In this document: piece after piece, positions 59,552 to 64,000 of the stretch | Numbering within the stretch: the stretch's first letter is position 1 | Layout of the letters: each line of letters starts with the position of its first letter | From: Eubacteriales bacterium | GTDB lineage: Bacteria; Bacillota; Clostridia; Oscillospirales; CAG-382 | Length of the DNA: 64,000 nucleotides | Direction of reading: 5' to 3' | NCBI GenBank assembly: GCA_045636285.1 | Contig: JAZTXJ010000046.1 | Location: 7,816-71,815 of the forward strand | The notes under the pieces: model-generated | The model's database searches: none | The model's input: only the letters and a program-made list of their open reading frames with translations | What the model was told of the DNA's origin: nothing | Translations under genes and position numbers: made by a program

Positions 59552-61740
59552 ATCAGCTCCAGCAGATGCCTGAGCGCCGTGTGGCGCACGGGTATTCTGT
59601 CGTTCCCGACCATTACCGAAAGCGAACGGCTCGAGCCGACGATAACGACCATATCCTTGGCACGCGTCACCGCGGTATAGAGCAGGTTGCGCGTCATAAG
59701 CGGGAACGGCGCATCGAACGAGGGGATAACCACTATTCTGTATTCACTGCCCTGACTTTTGTGTGCGGTCACGGCATAGGCGTGCTCGAGCTCATCGAGC
59801 TGTGAAAAATCGTACTCGGTCATTCGTCCCTCGAAATCGACCGTTACCGTTTCGTTGCGGGTATCTATTTCGGAAATTCTGCCGATATCGCCGTTAAATA
59901 CACCCGTACCCGATTCGGCTCCGCGCTTCCATTCAAGGTCATAGTCGTTCTTGATCTGCATAACCTTATCGCCTTCGCGGAAAAGCACGCTTCCGTATTT
60001 CTTTTCGTTCTTTTTATTGCTTTTGGGGTTGAGCACGTTCTGGAACAGCGTGTTCAGCTCGTAAGTGCCCAAAGCGCCCTTGCGCGTGCAGGAGATGACC
60101 TGAATATCCTCCAAAGGATCGGCGTTATAGCGCTTGGGAAGCCGTTCGGAAACAAACGCGACAAGCAACGCCTTTACCTCTTCGGTATTGCGCTTTTCGA
60201 CAAAGAAGAAATCGTTATCGCGCGAATTGATTATCGGCATTTCGCCGCGGTTTATCGCATGGGCGTTGACTACGATAAGGCTCTGCTCGGCTTGGCGGAA
60301 AATCTTATCGAGCCTTACCACGTTGAATTTTTGTGAATTTATTATATCGTTAAGACAGTTTCCCGGTCCAACGGGGGGAAGCTGGTCGGGGTCGCCGATA
60401 AGTATTAGATAGCTTCCGAGCTTGACCGCTTTAAGAAGCGCGCACATAAGGTTTGTATCGACCATCGACATTTCGTCGATAATTATAACCTTTTGCGCTA
60501 TCGGGTTTTCCTCATCGCGCTGAAAATGGTGGTGTCCGTTATCCGAAATGCTCGCTTCGAGCATACGGTGTATGGTTTTCGCTTCCTTGCCCGAGGATTC
60601 GAACATTCGCTTCGCCGCTCTGCCCGTCGGCGCGGCAAGCACGCAGGAAAATTTAAGTATATTGCAAATATCGAGTATCGCCTTGATAACCGTCGTTTTA
60701 CCGGTACCGGGTCCGCCCGTGATAACGGTAACTCCGCCCGTGAGCGCAAACGAAATCGCTTCGCGCTGTTCGGGTGCATAGCTTATTCCGTATTTTTCCT
60801 CGAGCACGGTTATCTGCTCGTCGAGCCCTTCGAGCACAAACGGGAATTTGAACTCCGAAAGCGCCTGAAGCTTCGCCGCGATATACACCTCCGACGAATA
60901 AAGCTCGGAAAGCGAATATGCCTTGTATTCCCCTATATCGAATTTTTTTATTCTTTCGACCGTGCAGAGCCGTTCCGCCGCCGCACGCGCTACCTCTTCA
61001 TTTACTCCGAGCACGCGGGAAGCGGCTTCGATAAGCTCGTGTTCGGGCAGATAGCAATGCCCGCCGTTCATTGCGGCAACGTTAAGCGTATGCACGATGC
61101 CCGCATCTGCTCTGTCGGGGCTGTCGGGAGCGATACCGACCGACATGGCAACCCTGTCTGCCTTTTCGAACCCGATACCCTGAATATCGGCACAAAGGCG
61201 GTAGGGCGTTGCTTTGATAATATCTATCGACGCAGAGCCGTATGCCTTGAAAATCTTTACCGAAAGCGCGGGGCCGAAAAATTCGTTGCAGAACATCATC
61301 ACGTTACGCATACCGAACTGTTCGACGTAGTTCCGCTGTATTTCGTCGGCGCGCTTGGGGGAAATCCCGCGAATATCGCAAAGCCAGCGCGGGTTGTTTT
61401 CGATAACGTCGAGCGTGTCTTCCCCGAACCGTTCGACAATTCTTTCGGCTGTAACGGGGCCGATACCCTTTATTGCGCCGGATGCGAGGTATTTTTTTAT
61501 CGCCGCAACGGTGGTGGGAAGTCTTTTTTCGAAATAATCCACCCTGAACTGACGACCGAACGTCGAATGCACCTGCCAATCGCCCTGAACGCGAATGGTT
61601 TCGCCTTCGCCGATATAGGGCATTATGCCGACAAGCGTTATCGGTTCGCCGCCGCAGTTTATGGTGCAGACGGTGTATCCGTTTTCGCCGTTTGAATATA
61701 TTATATCTTCAACAACGCCGTCAAGATACAGCTCGCCCAA
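59548..61740 (-). CDS. recD2: RecD2-type SF1B ATP-dependent DNA helicase
   Basis: N-terminal OB/HhH (AIKGIGPVTAERIV), Walker A GGPGTGKTT, IIDEMSMVD and a C-terminal AVTAHKSQGSE. Confidence 0.92.
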   Translation of the reverse strand: MGELYLDGVVEDIIYSNGENGYTVCTINCGGEPITLVGIMPYIGEGETIRVQGDWQVHSTFGRQFRVDYFEKRLPTTVAAIKKYLASGAIKGIGPVTAERIVERFGEDTLDVIENNPRWLCDIRGISPKRADEIQRNYVEQFGMRNVMMFCNEFFGPALSVKIFKAYGSASIDIIKATPYRLCADIQGIGFEKADRVAMSVGIAPDSPDRADAGIVHTLNVAAMNGGHCYLPEHELIEAASRVLGVNEEVARAAAERLCTVERIKKFDIGEYKAYSLSELYSSEVYIAAKLQALSEFKFPFVLEGLDEQITVLEEKYGISYAPEQREAISFALTGGVTVITGGPGTGKTTVIKAILDICNILKFSCVLAAPTGRAAKRMFESSGKEAKTIHRMLEASISDNGHHHFQRDEENPIAQKVIIIDEMSMVDTNLMCALLKAVKLGSYLILIGDPDQLPPVGPGNCLNDIINSQKFNVVRLDKIFRQAEQSLIVVNAHAINRGEMPIINSRDNDFFFVEKRNTEEVKALLVAFVSERLPKRYNADPLEDIQVISCTRKGALGTYELNTLFQNVLNPKSNKKNEKKYGSVLFREGDKVMQIKNDYDLEWKRGAESGTGVFNGDIGRISEIDTRNETVTVDFEGRMTEYDFSQLDELEHAYAVTAHKSQGSEYRIVVIPSFDAPFPLMTRNLLYTAVTRAKDMVVIVGSSRSLSVMVGNDRIPVRHTALRHLLELI

Positions 61741-61766
61741 ACCCTTTTACCTCGTTTCCGAAAAAT

Positions 61767-62018
61767 TCAACACTTCTTTATATAAACCGTTCTGCTTTCG
61801 CCGTTGCAAACCCGCCTTATTATCTCCTCCTGCTCTGCATCGGTACGGCAGATAATAAGCATATCGGGCTCGCAATCCCCGAAAAGAAGCTCTTCGCGAA
61901 AGCAAACGCAAATGTATTCGGCGTGCCTTGCGCGGTGTACGCGCACAAATTCGAGCACGGCAAGCGCCACTCCCAAAGCGGCAAGCACCGAAACAAAAAC
62001 ACTGCAAAATACGTACAT
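61767..62018 (-). CDS. 83-aa hypothetical membrane-anchored protein upstream of recD2
   Basis: ATG at 62018 with AGAGGTGAT upstream. One N-terminal TM helix is followed by a Cys-containing acidic tail. Its stop lies 26 nt before the recD2 start. Confidence 0.55.
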   Translation of the reverse strand: MYVFCSVFVSVLAALGVALAVLEFVRVHRARHAEYICVCFREELLFGDCEPDMLIICRTDAEQEEIIRRVCNGESRTVYIKKC

Positions 62019-62032
62019 ATATAATCACCTCT

Positions 62033-62061
62033 ATTATATTATACGCGAACGCGTTTTGCAA
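62033..62061 (-). promoter_or_regulatory. sigma-A-type promoter TTGCAA-N17-TATAAT for the small-gene/recD2/comFC unit
   Basis: On the plus strand, ATTATA at 62033-62038 and TTGCAA at 62056-62061. The spacer contains the inverted repeat ACGCG..CGCGT. Confidence 0.55.
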
Positions 62062-62142
62062 GTGATTTTTTATTAAATTAAAAAGAGCGCACGTTGGCGG
62101 AATTCCTTTTTGGAAACCCTGCCGACCGTACGCCCGAACGTT

Positions 62143-62931
62143 TTATATTCCGTGGTAAACCTCTAAGCCTTCGAGAAATACCGTATCGATACCGCGCCCG
62201 CAAAGCTCCTCTGCCAAAAGGCGCATGCCCGCATATTCCGAGCTGTAATGCCCAAGCACGATAATAGATTTGTTTTCGCCGAACCAGCAGGCATCGCGCA
62301 CGTATTCGTCAACGCACACCTCGCCTACCTCGCCGGTGATAAAAAGGTCGCTTCCCGGTTCGAAAAGCTTGTTGATCTGGGCAAATCCCACTCCGCCAAG
62401 CCCAAGACAGACGGTTTGCAAGGGGTAATCGTCGCGCCCGACGATACGCACGAATTCCACACCGAGCCGTTCTCGTATGCGGCTTGCAAGCTCGCGCGTT
62501 GTAACCGCTTCATCGAGCTCGTATCTACGCACGCCGAGGCTTTCTATCGGGTATTTTTTCTTTATTTTCAAGCCGACGTCGCGGATAAAGCCCGCGTGGA
62601 TATAATCGCATTCGCGGTGGTGCGCGTGGTCGTGAAAACGGTAAACCGTAATCCCGCTTTTGATCAAAAGCTCGTGCTTGAGCTTGTCGATTCCGAAAAA
62701 TTCCGCCGCTTTATCGCCCTGCGAAAAGGTCGGCTCGTGCGTGATAATCATATCGATTCCGTTGCGCGCCGCCTTGTCGATCAGCTCTGCGGTCAACTTA
62801 AAGCAGGTCGCAAGCTTGCTTACCTCTTTTTCGCTGTCCCCTGCGATAAGTCCGTCGCAGGTGTTTTCCCATACGCTTATCGCGCCGACAAGCAACGATT
62901 CATAAATCTCTTTCGCAGTCATTTTCTTCAC
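62143..62931 (-). CDS. Nif3-family dinuclear metal centre protein
   Basis: DMIITHEPTF, FHDHAH and a C-terminal VLGHYSSE. Size is 262 aa. Confidence 0.8.
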   Translation of the reverse strand: MKKMTAKEIYESLLVGAISVWENTCDGLIAGDSEKEVSKLATCFKLTAELIDKAARNGIDMIITHEPTFSQGDKAAEFFGIDKLKHELLIKSGITVYRFHDHAHHRECDYIHAGFIRDVGLKIKKKYPIESLGVRRYELDEAVTTRELASRIRERLGVEFVRIVGRDDYPLQTVCLGLGGVGFAQINKLFEPGSDLFITGEVGEVCVDEYVRDACWFGENKSIIVLGHYSSEYAGMRLLAEELCGRGIDTVFLEGLEVYHGI

Positions 62932-62945
62932 CTTGATTTTCGCAT

Positions 62946-63395
62946 TTATGCGTTTTTTTCGAGTGCTTCGTGGATTTTGCGAACAAGACGGTCGGAAAGT
63001 ATCGCCGCAGATTCGATATGCACCTTATCGTTGCCGACAAAAAGGGTGGCCGAATCGGAATTTCTGCGAATTCTCTTTATATCGGCAAAGCGATAAATCT
63101 TTTTCGTGCCCGTAAAGGTTGTGTATTGAAAGCGCTCGTCGTCAAGCACGATTATTTTTTGGTTTAACCAGCACATACACGCAAGCACCGAAAGTATCGC
63201 ACATCCCGCCATACCGATAAGCCAGCCCCAATGCAAAAGAATCGCAAATGCAACCAAGCAGGCTACCGCGCCCAAAGCAAGCAGACAGCCGAACACCAAA
63301 AGCCAGCGCGGAAGAAACATATCCGCTCTCGGCTCGCCGTTCTTTTCGGGTATGCCCTTAAATAAATCGAGTATTGCTCTGACAATAAATCCCAT
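62946..63395 (-). CDS. hypothetical membrane protein (2 TM helices plus a soluble C-terminal domain)
   Basis: 149 aa. Hydrophobic helices LLVFGCLLALGAVACLVAFAILL and LIGMAGCAILSVLACMCW. No recognisable family. Confidence 0.55.
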   Translation of the reverse strand: MGFIVRAILDLFKGIPEKNGEPRADMFLPRWLLVFGCLLALGAVACLVAFAILLHWGWLIGMAGCAILSVLACMCWLNQKIIVLDDERFQYTTFTGTKKIYRFADIKRIRRNSDSATLFVGNDKVHIESAAILSDRLVRKIHEALEKNA

Positions 63396-63415
63396 TTTTG
63401 TTCTCCTTTTATGGT

Positions 63416-63949
63416 TTATAACAATACGTATAGTTCACGCAAAGCGGAATCTAACGACTCCTTGTTCCACGAAACGTCACTATATCCATGACGTTCAAAT
63501 GCGGCATTGGCATTGAACACAGAATCACGGTATTCAATATAGCGTGTCATCACATAAATAACTTTGGCTGAAACAACCGACAATCTCGCAGTTTCATATA
63601 CAGCTTGTATTTCTACATCTAAATTTTTCACCGCATCTATTTTTTCTTGATGCTCGGACAGTGCCTTTTGAATGGATTTGTTGATTTTTTCGGCAGAATC
63701 GTCATAATCGGCATCTTGCCAAACCGAACATACATCGGTTGCGATAACATCAATCAAAGCTATCGATTCGACAATTTTATCGTAAAAATCGCCTGCCGTA
63801 ATATAATAAGACTCTTCTGCCAACAATGATTCTTCAACACGACGGGAATCTTCGGAGCGACGGGATTCTTCGTACTGTTGAAAATAAGCGCACGATGAAA
63901 AGATTACGACAAAAATTATCACAAAGAATAAACATACAACCTTTTTCAT
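63416..63949 (-). CDS. hypothetical lipoprotein in a low-GC segment
   Basis: MKKVVCLFFVIIFVVIFSSC lipobox with GAGGTG upstream of ATG 63949. The mature part is helical and acidic. Confidence 0.6.
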   Translation of the reverse strand: MKKVVCLFFVIIFVVIFSSCAYFQQYEESRRSEDSRRVEESLLAEESYYITAGDFYDKIVESIALIDVIATDVCSVWQDADYDDSAEKINKSIQKALSEHQEKIDAVKNLDVEIQAVYETARLSVVSAKVIYVMTRYIEYRDSVFNANAAFERHGYSDVSWNKESLDSALRELYVLL

Positions 63950-64000
63950 AAATACACCTCTCGTAGCTTTTATACTAATATGATAGCACACCAATCGTTC

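Noticed and set aside
62039-62060. Possible LexA (Cheo) box in the recD2-unit promoter spacer (CAAAACGCGTTCG)
   Set aside because: Only one half-site (GTTCG) fits CGAAC-N4-GTTCG, and the other half is CAAAA. This is not enough to call SOS regulation.

Overview
The window looks like the chromosome of a spore-forming Clostridia member. By eye it is about 55-60% GC, and a dockerin module suggests Oscillospiraceae/Ruminococcaceae. It is densely coding and mostly core genes.

**Sporulation genes**
- A minus-strand block at 721-8120 holds a DacB-like carboxypeptidase, SpoVB and the full spoIIIAA-AH operon.
- pro-sigma-K and PdaA lie elsewhere in the window.

**Housekeeping genes**
- miaB, a ylbF-like gene, mutS, mutL and tgt.
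- ligA and prmA; recD2 and comFC.
- ychF, dapF and ldhA.
- A stand-alone GMP-synthase ATP-pyrophosphatase.

**Accessory content**
- A TetR plus ABC-2 exporter next to an orphan radical-SAM/SPASM gene.
- An HxxxD acyltransferase coupled to a zinc-ribbon membrane protein.
- Three solute-binding-like lipoproteins with no permease nearby.
- An Ig-domain lipoprotein.
- Two tandem GHL10-like surface enzymes, one membrane-anchored and one carrying a dockerin.
- A MacB-type ABC system with two paralogous FtsX permeases.

**Not seen:** rRNA, tRNA, CRISPR array, transposase or integrase.

**Most unusual item:** an unannotated 56-codon gene at 12614-12784 on the minus strand encodes a protein that is 79% Asn+Gln. 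It has its own Shine-Dalgarno (SD) site, terminator and a palindromic forespore-like promoter element.

**Other leads**
- Two long structured non-coding regions (34849-35206 and 40794-41104).
- Phased heptamer repeats upstream of the FtsX ABC operon.
- A drop in GC after about 63400.

All functional calls come from reading motifs by eye. No database search was run.
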